64,000 nt of DNA from a virus. The translations under genes were made by a program, and so were the position numbers. Under the pieces are notes generated by a model. That model was not told where the DNA came from. It saw only the letters and a program-made list of their open reading frames with translations, and ran no database searches. Location of the stretch: positions 6,930 to 70,929 of the IMG/VR virus record IMGVR_UViG_3300028895_000202; one strand, given 5' to 3'. This document shows positions 26,455 to 36,330 of the stretch, one piece after another. Position 1 is the stretch's first letter. The number at the start of each line of letters is the position of its first letter.

Positions 26455-27471
26455 ATGGCTCACATGATCAACACCACCGACAAGTTCGCGGAAGTTCGTT
26501 ACAACGGGCAGCGTGCGTGGCACGGCCTCGGCATCGGGCTGCCCCAGGAAGTGGAGTCCGCCTCCGAGGCCTTCGAGTTCGTCGGCCTGGACTGGCGCAC
26601 CGACAAGCAGCCCGTGTTCTACACGGGTCCTAACGGCGAGAAACTCACGGTTCCGGGCCAGTACGCCCACCTCCGCGAGGACACTGGCGAGCTTCTCGGC
26701 ATGGTTGCCGAGCGGTACAAGCCGCTGGAGAACAGCGACCTCGCTGATTTCGCTGACGCCGTCGCCCTGACGGCTGAGGGCGCTGCCCGGGTCGAGACCT
26801 GTGGCTCGCTGCGTAGCGGCAAGACCGTGTACGCCCTGATGGCCCTTGACAAGGACATCGACATCAACGGCGACGTGACGAAGCCCTACATCATGGTCAG
26901 CAACGGCCATGGTGGCACCTCCGGGCTCCGCGCCTACTTCACGGGCGTCCGCGTCGTCTGCGCCAACACCGAGGCCATGAGCCTCGCTGACCTCGGGACC
27001 GGCGTCAGCTTCGCCCACACGGGTGATGTGGCTGCCAAGATCGAGGCCGCCAAGATGGTCCTGGGTCGCGCTACCGAGGCCGTCAAGAAGTTCGAGTCCG
27101 AGGCGTATCACCTGACTGGTGCGTCCTGGAACAAGAAGGAGATGGAGGAGGCGCTCCGGACCGTCTGGGAGGTCGTCCACGCCGACGCTCTGCGCGGCGC
27201 TAAGACCTCCAAGGCCGTCCGGGACAGGCTGACGCAGCAGTGCGATGAGGATGTCGCCCGTTGGCTGGAGCTTGCCTCTGCCGATGGCAACTCCGTGGCC
27301 TCGACGCAGGGGACGGCCTTCGCCGCCCTCCAGGGTGTGACCTACGACCTGGATCACACGCCTGCCGCTCGCCGGAAGCTGTCCCCCGATGCGCGGATCA
27401 ACAGCCGTCTGTTCGGCACCTCCAGCCGGATGAAGAGCCGGGCGCGAGCCGCCATGCTCCAGCTGGTCTGA
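26455..27471 (+). CDS. DUF932 / TIGR03299 phage-plasmid protein
   Basis: MAHMI...AWHGLG, YKPLEN, ETCGSLRSGK, NGHGG and VRVVCANT motifs. Confidence 0.85.
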   Translation: MAHMINTTDKFAEVRYNGQRAWHGLGIGLPQEVESASEAFEFVGLDWRTDKQPVFYTGPNGEKLTVPGQYAHLREDTGELLGMVAERYKPLENSDLADFADAVALTAEGAARVETCGSLRSGKTVYALMALDKDIDINGDVTKPYIMVSNGHGGTSGLRAYFTGVRVVCANTEAMSLADLGTGVSFAHTGDVAAKIEAAKMVLGRATEAVKKFESEAYHLTGASWNKKEMEEALRTVWEVVHADALRGAKTSKAVRDRLTQQCDEDVARWLELASADGNSVASTQGTAFAALQGVTYDLDHTPAARRKLSPDARINSRLFGTSSRMKSRARAAMLQLV

Positions 27472-27682
27472 TCCGCTGCCATCCCCCCGATGGGGAGTCA
27501 CCTACGCCCTCCCCCGTAGGTGGCTCCCCGCCACACGGACCAGTGTGGTACAATCCAGGACCGGGAGGGTGCTCAGGCAGCGCGTTAGCCTTCATGCGCG
27601 CCGGGCGCTACCTAGGTCCACGGGCCGTCACCGTTGTGGTAGGCGGTGACGGCCCACCTCACACCCCATACCACACCAGGGA

Positions 27683-29008
27683 ATGGATAACAACCTAACG
27701 ATCAGGGCTGAGCTACGCGCCTGCCTACATGCGGTAGCCAGACGCATGCGGTACTTCACTACCGATGAGATCTGGGAAGAGGCCGATCGTCGTGGAATCA
27801 ACGTGGAGCGGAGAGGCGCCGATCCTAGGGTCCTCGCTCCGGTCATCCAGCAGTCATCTCGTGCCGGAGAGATCGAGAAGACTGGGGGTACGAGAAACAG
27901 CCGCGATCGTACTTGCCACGGTCGCGGTAAGACAGTGTGGCGATCACTGATCTGCGAAGTTGATTGCGAGGAAGCGGAGGAACCCTCCGCTGACGTCCTG
28001 CGCGAGAGACTTGAACGCGAAGAAGACGCGATAAAGCACGAGATCAGCGTAAGGGAACTTCGTCGCAAACTATCCTCTCAGCGTCGGATCATCGACAGGC
28101 TCTCTACTCGTCTGTCTGCGTACGAATCCACAGAGGATCTTGGCGAGCAGATAGACGGGATCCCGAAGCGACTGAAAGAGAGCCACACGGTGGAGCTTCG
28201 CGCTAGCGAGCCCGACGAGAGTACCCTGCTCGTGCTGGCTTCTGACTGGCACGTTGAAGAGGTAGTCGATCCGGCGGAGGTGCCTGGGAACGAGTACAAC
28301 CCAAACATCGCTGAGGAGCGCGTGAACAACTTCATCCGTGGTGTACTGGCCGTTAGGGACATGTCGCCAGGGACTGTGGAGCGCCTTGTCTTCGCGATGA
28401 TGGGTGACTTCATAACCGGACACATCCACGAGGAGCTTATCCATACAACCGCGATGCCTCCGCTGGAAGCGATGGCGTTCGCTGAGGAGCTTCTTGAGCG
28501 ATGCCTGGATATCTTCATCGAGGAGTTCCCGGAGGTCGTGGTGCCGACGTGTAACGGTAACCACGGAAGAACTACACAGCGTAGTTATTACTCCCGTAAC
28601 AGCGACTTCTCCCTGGAGTACCAGACGTACGTGCGCCTCGCACGGCGATATAAGTCGAAGGCTACTTTCCTGGTGAATAGGTCCAGGCAGAATGAAGACC
28701 TCTCCATCTACGGCAAGAGGCTTCGCTTTCACCATGGGGAGGATTGCCGCAGTTCTGGTGGTGATGTGCTTGCCGGGCTACGGAAGTACCACTACAAGCA
28801 GAACACGAAGACGATGGACTGCGACATGTCTTACGTGGGGCACTGGCACACGGCATCGAGCAGCTTCTCATTCGGAGCCGTGAACGGTTCCCTGATAGGC
28901 AACACGGCTTACGGTCTACAGTACGGGGCCGAGCGCCCGCAGCAGGTCTACCAACTTCTCTGCCCGACTAGAGGCGTGATACAGACTGGTCCTATCTTTG
29001 TAGAGTGA
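27683..29008 (+). CDS. Calcineurin-like metallophosphoesterase with N-terminal extension
   Basis: SDWH, GDFITG, GNHGR, FHHG, GHWH and NGSLIG motifs. Confidence 0.85.
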   Translation: MDNNLTIRAELRACLHAVARRMRYFTTDEIWEEADRRGINVERRGADPRVLAPVIQQSSRAGEIEKTGGTRNSRDRTCHGRGKTVWRSLICEVDCEEAEEPSADVLRERLEREEDAIKHEISVRELRRKLSSQRRIIDRLSTRLSAYESTEDLGEQIDGIPKRLKESHTVELRASEPDESTLLVLASDWHVEEVVDPAEVPGNEYNPNIAEERVNNFIRGVLAVRDMSPGTVERLVFAMMGDFITGHIHEELIHTTAMPPLEAMAFAEELLERCLDIFIEEFPEVVVPTCNGNHGRTTQRSYYSRNSDFSLEYQTYVRLARRYKSKATFLVNRSRQNEDLSIYGKRLRFHHGEDCRSSGGDVLAGLRKYHYKQNTKTMDCDMSYVGHWHTASSSFSFGAVNGSLIGNTAYGLQYGAERPQQVYQLLCPTRGVIQTGPIFVE

Positions 29009-29370
29009 AGGTCACCTGGGATAACAAAGAGTGGCGTAGAGCCAAGCAGCGACTTTCTGGACTGTGCCCGCCGCCCGATGACTGCGATGTCATTGTGCGG
29101 CGGGTGCGTATGGACGACGAGTCGTTCGGAGATAGTGAGCGCGAGGAGGTGAAGCCAGAGCCTGGGTTTGAGGATGAGCCCACGAAGTACCGCTACGTCA
29201 TCCGCGTCAACAGCGGCCTCCCAACGGACTTCGCGATCTGGGTTCTGATCCACGAGTGGGCCCACGTCCTTGTGTGGCCGATTTACGGAGAACGTGACAC
29301 CGACCATGGTGCCTACTGGGGTGTCGCGTACGGCAAGGCTTATCAGGCTGCATACCCTTCTAACCAATGA
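29005..29370 (+). CDS. Small HEXXH metallopeptidase-like protein
   Basis: VLIHEWAH...DHG..WG..Y. Confidence 0.7.
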   Translation: MKVTWDNKEWRRAKQRLSGLCPPPDDCDVIVRRVRMDDESFGDSEREEVKPEPGFEDEPTKYRYVIRVNSGLPTDFAIWVLIHEWAHVLVWPIYGERDTDHGAYWGVAYGKAYQAAYPSNQ

Positions 29371-29528
29371 GAGACATCGATTTGAACCCAAACGGGCGTG
29401 GCAAGCGCAACCTGATCCCCCTAGAACCTGAGAAGCGCACGTTTGTGTCCGCAGACACAGCCGTAGGTTTACTTGTCTTGATGTTCATGATCTACTACGT
29501 GGCTAAGGTAGTTGGGGTGGAAGGTTGA
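29367..29528 (+). CDS. Small membrane protein (53 aa; not in ORF track)
   Basis: MRDIDLNP...VGLLVLMFMIYYVAKVVGVEG; ATGA and TTGA overlaps with neighbouring genes. Confidence 0.6.
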   Translation: MRDIDLNPNGRGKRNLIPLEPEKRTFVSADTAVGLLVLMFMIYYVAKVVGVEG

Positions 29529-30037
29529 GCGACGACGAGTTTGATGCTCTACTTGGGAGCCTGATGGACCTGACGCCGGAACAGCGCAAGCTAGTTTCGG
29601 CGCAGCTGGTTATGGTGAGAAACCAGCATCGCAAGTTCGAGGTTGCAGACGAGACCCTTGAGACTGTCGATCCAGTACGAATCGTATGGGTCGCAAGCAA
29701 GACCGTAGCGGAGCATCTCGGCTTGGGCATGGTGTGGATCGACCCGACCCGCATGGCCCAGGCTTACGTCAATCAAGCTGATATTGACGAGTACACTGGA
29801 GCGTGTCATAGGCTGATGTCGTATGTCGAGCATCATGTCGCACCTCGCAGTTACAAGGAAAGGTGGAGAGCCGTTTACAAGATACTTCTTGCGTGCTTCC
29901 ATGCCGATCCGTTTCCTAAGAAGAGAACGATTAGCGTCAAAGCTCTTGTGAGCCGTATCTCCAACTTCGAGGGAGCGGTCAACAACCAGTACCCAGGATA
30001 CGCCGCCGCAGGACAGCTGCGATTCGCGCTACTCTAG
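29525..30037 (+). CDS. Hypothetical protein upstream of helicase
   Basis: ORF tightly coupled to the operon. Confidence 0.6.
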   Translation: MSDDEFDALLGSLMDLTPEQRKLVSAQLVMVRNQHRKFEVADETLETVDPVRIVWVASKTVAEHLGLGMVWIDPTRMAQAYVNQADIDEYTGACHRLMSYVEHHVAPRSYKERWRAVYKILLACFHADPFPKKRTISVKALVSRISNFEGAVNNQYPGYAAAGQLRFALL

Positions 30038-30047
30038 ACCTACCACG

Positions 30048-31454
30048 ATGAAGCTACAGTCAGCAGTACAGAATGCGATCGTTGGCCTCCTGTGCATGGA
30101 CGACAGGGCGGCTGCCGAGTTGTCCATGATGGTTGAGCCCGAGGATCTCGACCTGGGCTACCGCGAGGTGGCTGAGGTGGCCCTCGCGCATCGGCAGCGG
30201 TGGGGATCCGTACTGGGGAAGTCCACGCGAGTTGCGCTGGAGGATCTGGCGCGCCAGGACGAGAACATGGTCCAGGCTTACGCCAACATCTACAGCTACA
30301 TCCAGAGCGAGCTTGGTAGCGTAGGGGTGGAGTATGTGCTGGACAAGGCCAGAGCCTTCGTGCGCTATCAGCGGTTCCGCAAGGCCGCGTCTGACGCGAT
30401 CCGTGGCCTGGGCAAGAACAACGAGGAGGGCGTAGACGAGGCTGAGGCAGCATTCACCAGAGCACTCCAGACGACCGTCAACGCTTTCGATCCTGGTGTT
30501 GTCTTCGGCGTGGACGAGGAGAAGACGCTAGAGTTCTTGACTCGCAAGGAGTCTCCCCTCATGAAGATCGGAATCCCGGCTCTGGACGAGGCGAACATTG
30601 GTCCGATGGAGTCCAGGCTCATGATCCTCAATGCCGCGTCTGGCCGGGGCAAGTCGTGGTTTCTGATCCACCTCGCCGTCCAGGCTCTTCGCCAGGGAGT
30701 TCCCGTCGCGTACATCGCGTTGGAGATGACCGAGACCGAGGTCACGGCTCGTCTCATGCAGTGCCTCATGAACGCCCCGAAGCGACCGGGTACGGGCGGT
30801 GAGCTACGCAAGTTCGACAAGACCACGTCTCCAGAGGACGTGGGCAGCGTCCTGTTGTCGTCTGGGCCCGCGTCGAATATCTCGCTGTACGGCAACCAGG
30901 ACAAGGTCGTTGATGAGGTCCGCAAGTGGCGCGACGAGAGCCGCCTCGTGATCAAGGAATTCGCGCAAGGTACTCTCACGCCGCAGCAACTAGACGCCTA
31001 CCTCACGGTGCTCTCCGACCGGACGAATTTCATGCCGAGGCTGCTCCTCGTTGACTACGGCGACATCATGCGCCTACCCTCTGGTATGGACAGGTGGCAG
31101 GCACTCATCCAGAACACCGAGGCACTGCGGCGTATTGCCCAGGAGCGCAAGATTGCGGTTGTCACGGTGTCGCAGGTGAAGCACGAGGGCGCCAACGCCG
31201 AGGAGGTAGACGTGGAGCACACTGCCGGAGCATGGGACAAGGTTGCAACTGCGGACACGATCTTGACGCTATCGCAGACCAAGAGCGAGCGCGAGGATCA
31301 GCGTGCGCGGATCTTCGTTGCTAAGAACCGCGCCGACGCCGACCGCTTTCGTGTGGCTATCACGCAGAACTACGCGACTGGTCAGTTCGTCGTAGACAGC
31401 GTCAAGCTGGATAACGATTCGACCTACGACGCTAATAGCCGAGCCGCGATCTGA
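30048..31454 (+). CDS. dnaB: DnaB-like replicative helicase
   Basis: Walker A AASGRGKS; ALEMT; LLLVDYGD; VSQ; KNR motifs. Confidence 0.88.
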   Translation: MKLQSAVQNAIVGLLCMDDRAAAELSMMVEPEDLDLGYREVAEVALAHRQRWGSVLGKSTRVALEDLARQDENMVQAYANIYSYIQSELGSVGVEYVLDKARAFVRYQRFRKAASDAIRGLGKNNEEGVDEAEAAFTRALQTTVNAFDPGVVFGVDEEKTLEFLTRKESPLMKIGIPALDEANIGPMESRLMILNAASGRGKSWFLIHLAVQALRQGVPVAYIALEMTETEVTARLMQCLMNAPKRPGTGGELRKFDKTTSPEDVGSVLLSSGPASNISLYGNQDKVVDEVRKWRDESRLVIKEFAQGTLTPQQLDAYLTVLSDRTNFMPRLLLVDYGDIMRLPSGMDRWQALIQNTEALRRIAQERKIAVVTVSQVKHEGANAEEVDVEHTAGAWDKVATADTILTLSQTKSEREDQRARIFVAKNRADADRFRVAITQNYATGQFVVDSVKLDNDSTYDANSRAAI

Positions 31455-33436
31455 TGCCGATTAGCCAGAGCAAGATCTTCGAGTTCAAGAACCGCGAGCT
31501 TCAGTCGTTTGCCAAGTACAAGGGCCTAGACGACGACAGGCTTCAGGCCATGGTCAGCGACGCTGACCTCAGCTTTCACACCAAACCTCGGCGCGCCCAG
31601 CTTCTCTGCACGCTTCTTGGGTGGCATCAGGAGTCGTTCATGTTCCTGCTTGGGCTTGGCGCTGGCAAAGCCCTGGCGAACGGTGAGCCGGTTCTGCTGC
31701 CTGACATGACGTGGAAGCCTATCGAGGATCTGCGTGTGGGGGAGTACGTGCTGGGCTGGGACGGTGAACCCAAGATCGTGGAGGGCGTATACCCGCAAGG
31801 CGTGACCGAGCTATGCAAGGTCAAGTTCACTGGCGGCCTGTACTCGATCTGTTCGCCGGATCATCTGTGGACGGTCTGGATGCGAGATCTCTCGCCCCAG
31901 ACCATGACTCTCCGCGAGATCGAAGCTAAGGGCCTCAAGTTCGGCACCCGCAGGCGTACTACACGGTACAAGTGGAAGGTCCCCGTATTCATTAAGAAAG
32001 CAGGCTACTCAAACTACCGGAAGATCGTAGGCGTCGAGGAGTATGAGCCTGGAGAGTCCACCTGCATCAAGGTAGACGGTGGGCATTTCATCACTCGTGA
32101 CTACGTCGGAACGCACAATACGAAGGTCTCGCTCGACCTAGCCGCCAACAGGAAGCGTCACGGCCAGATCAAGTCTGCTATTGTTCTGGTTCCGAACACG
32201 GCGAACCTTTGGGCTTGGCAGATCGAGGTCCAGAAGCACGCACCCGATCTTTCCGTTGTTGTGATCGACCAAAGCGGCCCGGCAGCCCGTGAACGTGCGC
32301 TGTATTCTGGCGCAGACGTCGTGGTCTGCACCTACGTTGGGCTTGGCAACCTGCTATCCAAGAACAGGAAACTGGATAACAAGAAGGTGCAGCGGTTGTG
32401 CCAGCAGTTCCAGATGCTTGTGATGGATGAGATCACGGCTATCAAGAATCCGCAGAGCCGCAACTTCAAGATGTGCAGACTTTTGTCTGTGGGTATGAAG
32501 TACCGCTACGGGCTCACGGGTACGCCGATCCACAAGGACCCCGCCGACCTGTGGAGTCAGTTCTGGACGATCGATCACGGGAAAGCCCTTGGCGAGAACA
32601 TCACCTTGTTCCGCGAAACCTATTTTAGAACTGACTATAATAGGTTCGGGTTCACGGAGTACAAGTTCGATAGACGCTTCACCAGCGAGGTGGCTCGCCG
32701 CGTAGAGTCGTGTAGTGTCCGCTTTGCTGAGCACGAGGTTCAGGATCTCCCTGAGGCCGTCGGTGGCCTCAGCTCTGACGACTATCTGCGTATCCCGGTT
32801 GAGATGCCAAAGGCCCAGACTGGCTACTACAGGTCAGCCCTCGGGGAACTCAAGTCTGCCGAGGACACTGTCGCTATCGACCAAGCCTACGCCAAGATGC
32901 GGATGGTCTGCTCCGGCTGGTGCGCGGCGAGTGATGAGGCTGGCGAGCGTGTCGAGGTAGAGTTCCCCAAGGTGCCTAAGCTGGATGCGCTCGTGCAGCT
33001 CCTGGAGGACATCCCGCCCGAGGAGAAGGTGGTCGTTGTAGCTTGGTATCATCACTCGATCAAGCTCATGCAACGCCGTTTCCGCAAGGAGAACATCAGC
33101 TTCACCGAGGTGACTGGTCGCGTTTCTGCCAAGAAGAAGATCGAGAGCCTGGAGGCGTTCTGCTCTGAGGGCGGACCCCGCGTCCTCATTGGTAGTACCG
33201 CCATTAGCAAAGGCGTAAACCTACAGGGAGCTTCCCGCTACATGGTCTTCTACGAGAGCCCCGACAGCACCATCGAGAGAGCGCAGATCGAGGGCCGGAT
33301 CCGTAGGGAGGGTGGAATCTCCGGCACCAGATACTACTACGATCTGGTGACCAAGGACTCCGTGGAGGAGAGCATCCTCCAGAGCCTCCGCACCGGACGT
33401 AACATCCACGAGCTACTGATCGAGGGAAAGAAGTGA
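31454..33436 (+). CDS. SNF2-family helicase containing an intein
   Basis: LGAGK|T split by intein; DEITAIKNP; LTGTP; GVNLQ; QIEGRIRR. Confidence 0.88.
   Translation: MPISQSKIFEFKNRELQSFAKYKGLDDDRLQAMVSDADLSFHTKPRRAQLLCTLLGWHQESFMFLLGLGAGKALANGEPVLLPDMTWKPIEDLRVGEYVLGWDGEPKIVEGVYPQGVTELCKVKFTGGLYSICSPDHLWTVWMRDLSPQTMTLREIEAKGLKFGTRRRTTRYKWKVPVFIKKAGYSNYRKIVGVEEYEPGESTCIKVDGGHFITRDYVGTHNTKVSLDLAANRKRHGQIKSAIVLVPNTANLWAWQIEVQKHAPDLSVVVIDQSGPAARERALYSGADVVVCTYVGLGNLLSKNRKLDNKKVQRLCQQFQMLVMDEITAIKNPQSRNFKMCRLLSVGMKYRYGLTGTPIHKDPADLWSQFWTIDHGKALGENITLFRETYFRTDYNRFGFTEYKFDRRFTSEVARRVESCSVRFAEHEVQDLPEAVGGLSSDDYLRIPVEMPKAQTGYYRSALGELKSAEDTVAIDQAYAKMRMVCSGWCAASDEAGERVEVEFPKVPKLDALVQLLEDIPPEEKVVVVAWYHHSIKLMQRRFRKENISFTEVTGRVSAKKKIESLEAFCSEGGPRVLIGSTAISKGVNLQGASRYMVFYESPDSTIERAQIEGRIRREGGISGTRYYYDLVTKDSVEESILQSLRTGRNIHELLIEGKK
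31670..32119 (+). mobile_element. 150-aa mini-intein, Ala1, class-3-like
   Basis: Starts ALANGEPVLLPD right after the Walker A Lys; CSPDHLW; TCIKVD; ends VGTHN followed by Thr. Confidence 0.88.
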
Positions 33437-34392
33437 TGGATTGGATAGCTTTCTTCGAGCAGCATGGTATCCGCTATGTCGAAGGCCCTAGCAAAGATGT
33501 CTCAGCGGGCGCCATCGGCATTCCGTGCCCAGTGTGCGGTAACGACACGGGTACTCACTATGCTGTCGTTGCTGGCGAGCCGCTAGTCAAGGGGTGCTGG
33601 AGAAATCAAACACACTTCATGCCAGCGAGCGAGCTTGTACAGCTGCTGTCTGGTTGCGGACCTGATCGAGCTAGACGTATACTCTTCGGTGAGGACGCGA
33701 TCCCGACTGTTGAGCAGCTTGAACAACGTATCGTTGCGATCGGATCGACGGAGTCTGTGGCTACTGCTAGTCATGGACGTATGGTCGGTGATGCGTCGTT
33801 CAAGCTGTTCACGGATCAGCCTTCGGAAGGTGATGCCACCTACAGGGCTTACCTCGAATCCCGGGGCTTCAACCCGGCTCGACTGTCCGACGTGTATGAC
33901 GTTAGCTGGTGCGATAGCGGGCCGTTTGGTGGCAGGATCATCGTGCCGATCTATGAATACGAGACGCAGTCGAGGCGCACGCTGATGGGCTGGACTGGGC
34001 GCACGGTCATGAATAGCCCAATCAGGTACAGGGCACACCCGTCTGGTGATGCCTTGTCACGGTGTCTTCTTGAGACTGGCTTTGTTGACAAGCAAAGCCA
34101 CCTAGTTATCGTGGAGGGGCCGTTCGACGCGCTTCGTGTGGCTGAGGCGGGCTATGCTGCCGTCGCGTTGATGACCAACCGCGTTGGTCCGGGCAAGTTC
34201 GCCAGACTTGAGTACCTTGCCGACAGGGCCAGGAGGGTAAGCATCATGCTGGACTCAGACGCGATGGAGACGCATGCCTTCAACGTCATGGCGGGCATCA
34301 GAAGCAGCACGGACATCGAGTTGGCCTTCCTTCCAGACGGCGTGAAGGACCCAGGCGATATGACGGAGGACATGATCAGATGCGCGCTATGA
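33433..34392 (+). CDS. DNA primase (Zn finger + TOPRIM)
   Basis: CPVC...CW; YLESRG; RIIVPI; GRT; VEGPFDA; LDSDA; KDPGDM. Confidence 0.85.
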   Translation: MMDWIAFFEQHGIRYVEGPSKDVSAGAIGIPCPVCGNDTGTHYAVVAGEPLVKGCWRNQTHFMPASELVQLLSGCGPDRARRILFGEDAIPTVEQLEQRIVAIGSTESVATASHGRMVGDASFKLFTDQPSEGDATYRAYLESRGFNPARLSDVYDVSWCDSGPFGGRIIVPIYEYETQSRRTLMGWTGRTVMNSPIRYRAHPSGDALSRCLLETGFVDKQSHLVIVEGPFDALRVAEAGYAAVALMTNRVGPGKFARLEYLADRARRVSIMLDSDAMETHAFNVMAGIRSSTDIELAFLPDGVKDPGDMTEDMIRCAL

Positions 34393-35300
34393 AGCCTAAT
34401 GCGCTGTCGCTGGAGCGGGAGTTCGTGGAAGCGACGGGCCTGTACCGGAAGAACGACGAGGACGAGTTCAGCTGGGTGGCAAGGTGCTGCGCGGCGCTAA
34501 TGTCTCTACCCGAGGATGAGCTTAACTCGGATATCGTCAGTGACGAGGCCTACGAGTTTGCGTCCAACAACCTGGACGCGATGGACTCTGGATACATGAT
34601 TCGGGGGTTCAACGGGTATCCTCTGATGGCGTTGGCGAGGACTTACAGGTTCAACGGCATTGCCCCATCTAAATACGCCAGGATGAAGTCGCTGCCCCCT
34701 ATCCCGATTGACTTCTACAAGCGTGGGGATAAGATCTCTATCAGCGATATGTTCTGTCTGGTAGCCGCACCCAGCACTGGCGGTAGGAGCGGTATCATGA
34801 AATCTCACGGGCCCGTATCTGGGGCCTATGTCAGCATGACAGCCGCGTTTCGGGAACTGGCCGTGTGCTTCGCTGAAGACTACGAGGATGACGAAGTTAT
34901 CGGCTATGGATACGCACTAGGGCTTACGTTGACTCCATCTAGTGCGAGGTCAGTGCTGGCGTCTGTCAGGGCTGTGTTCAATGCCGTGAAGCGAGTGTTC
35001 GGGCTAGATGTCGGACAGCATATTCGTGAGTTCAAGCAAGAGCACCCGTTCCCTGTGTGGACGCTGTTCACCCGCAGCATGATCGACAGCGCCACCAAGG
35101 AGTACTCTGCCCTCGACTATGAGAGGCGACTGCTAGACAGCTATGGCCCTGGTCTGCGAGACGATATCGATCTATACAAGCGTACAGGCGTCGTTCAGGG
35201 CGGGCTGAGGGATTGGGCTCGCGATCATGGCCGACTAGGGATAATGGAGAGTTCAGGAAAAGCCTTCATGGAGACGTATGGACAGGATCTCAGCGAATGA
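34389..35300 (+). CDS. Hypothetical protein
   Basis: ORF with ATGA overlap to primase stop. Confidence 0.6.
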   Translation: MKPNALSLEREFVEATGLYRKNDEDEFSWVARCCAALMSLPEDELNSDIVSDEAYEFASNNLDAMDSGYMIRGFNGYPLMALARTYRFNGIAPSKYARMKSLPPIPIDFYKRGDKISISDMFCLVAAPSTGGRSGIMKSHGPVSGAYVSMTAAFRELAVCFAEDYEDDEVIGYGYALGLTLTPSSARSVLASVRAVFNAVKRVFGLDVGQHIREFKQEHPFPVWTLFTRSMIDSATKEYSALDYERRLLDSYGPGLRDDIDLYKRTGVVQGGLRDWARDHGRLGIMESSGKAFMETYGQDLSE

Positions 35301-36330
35301 GCTTGGCGAAATACTTACGCTAGCTAAGACGTGGCAGAAGGGGGACAGCGTGATTGTTCCGTCGTTCAAGCAGCTGATCCTGCACAACGGCGGTGTGGAC
35401 GTATACAGCGAGCATGGCATCATCAGCTTCCCGGTAGCCACGCTCTCACTGGCGGAGCCGGTTGCTGTCGATAAGCCAACCATCGCAGCTTGGCACGGCA
35501 CCCGACGCGGCGCTTTCGACATTATGGTCGAGGTCGTCGATGGATCCGTCAGGCTTAGCGAGGGCGATGTCAGCACGCTGATCCTTCCGACGATGCCCGT
35601 CGAGGGTTTCGTTGGGTCTAACTGGGATGTCGTCGAGCGTGTCGTTGTCACCGAGGAGCGCGGTAGGCGTTTCACTGACGATCTGCGTGTAGTCGGCGGC
35701 TTCTCCGGTGATCCAACCGTGTCGGGTCAGCACTCCGGCGTGCATGTCTACCCGTCTAGCGATGGAACCCGTATGTTCTCTACGGATAACCTTGGCGCTG
35801 CGTCTGCCGTTAGTGAGCCGATGGAGGGCCGTAGCTTCGTGATCCCCCACCAGCTGGCCGCCAGGAGCGGGTTCCTGTCGGCAGCGATCCCGATTGTCGA
35901 GGTCTCATACGGGTCCGGCTCTCAGATAACCCTGGTCCGCGAAGACGGTGCCTCGTGCTCGTTCGAGGACATGGGTACTTACGACGAGGGATGGTGGCGA
36001 GACGTCCTGCCGGGCTATAGTGGTGGCGACGCGATCGCAGACGGGTTTGGGCACACCATTGCGTCGTTGCGAAGACTGGCAAGCGTGGACGCCAACGGGG
36101 CACCGTGCGTTAGCCTCACCATCCGTGACGGCATTATGACTGTTCGGCTGTCCGAGTGCAATCTAGCCGAGGCTGTCTCGACCTTCCCCTGCCGACTGGC
36201 TGACGTGTCTGCCTCATTGCCGATGACGCAGTTCAGCCGGGCCATGTCGGGAGCAACGCACTTCAACGTGTCGGAGAATCTGCTTGTAACCAAGCGTGGC
36301 CGCGTCTCGGCCTACTGTACGTCGCAATGA
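35278..36330 (+). CDS. Putative beta sliding clamp-like protein
   Basis: About 350 aa; SGVHV...MFSTDN...FVIP resembles the DnaN domain II pattern; adjacent to polymerase and clamp loader. Confidence 0.5.
   Translation: MDRISANELGEILTLAKTWQKGDSVIVPSFKQLILHNGGVDVYSEHGIISFPVATLSLAEPVAVDKPTIAAWHGTRRGAFDIMVEVVDGSVRLSEGDVSTLILPTMPVEGFVGSNWDVVERVVVTEERGRRFTDDLRVVGGFSGDPTVSGQHSGVHVYPSSDGTRMFSTDNLGAASAVSEPMEGRSFVIPHQLAARSGFLSAAIPIVEVSYGSGSQITLVREDGASCSFEDMGTYDEGWWRDVLPGYSGGDAIADGFGHTIASLRRLASVDANGAPCVSLTIRDGIMTVRLSECNLAEAVSTFPCRLADVSASLPMTQFSRAMSGATHFNVSENLLVTKRGRVSAYCTSQ

Noticed and set aside
26434-27501. Long minus-strand ORFs (also 25456..26115, 48696..49556, 51325..52236, 62121..63074)
   Set aside because: Antisense shadows of high-GC3 plus-strand genes that have clear motifs or cassette signals.
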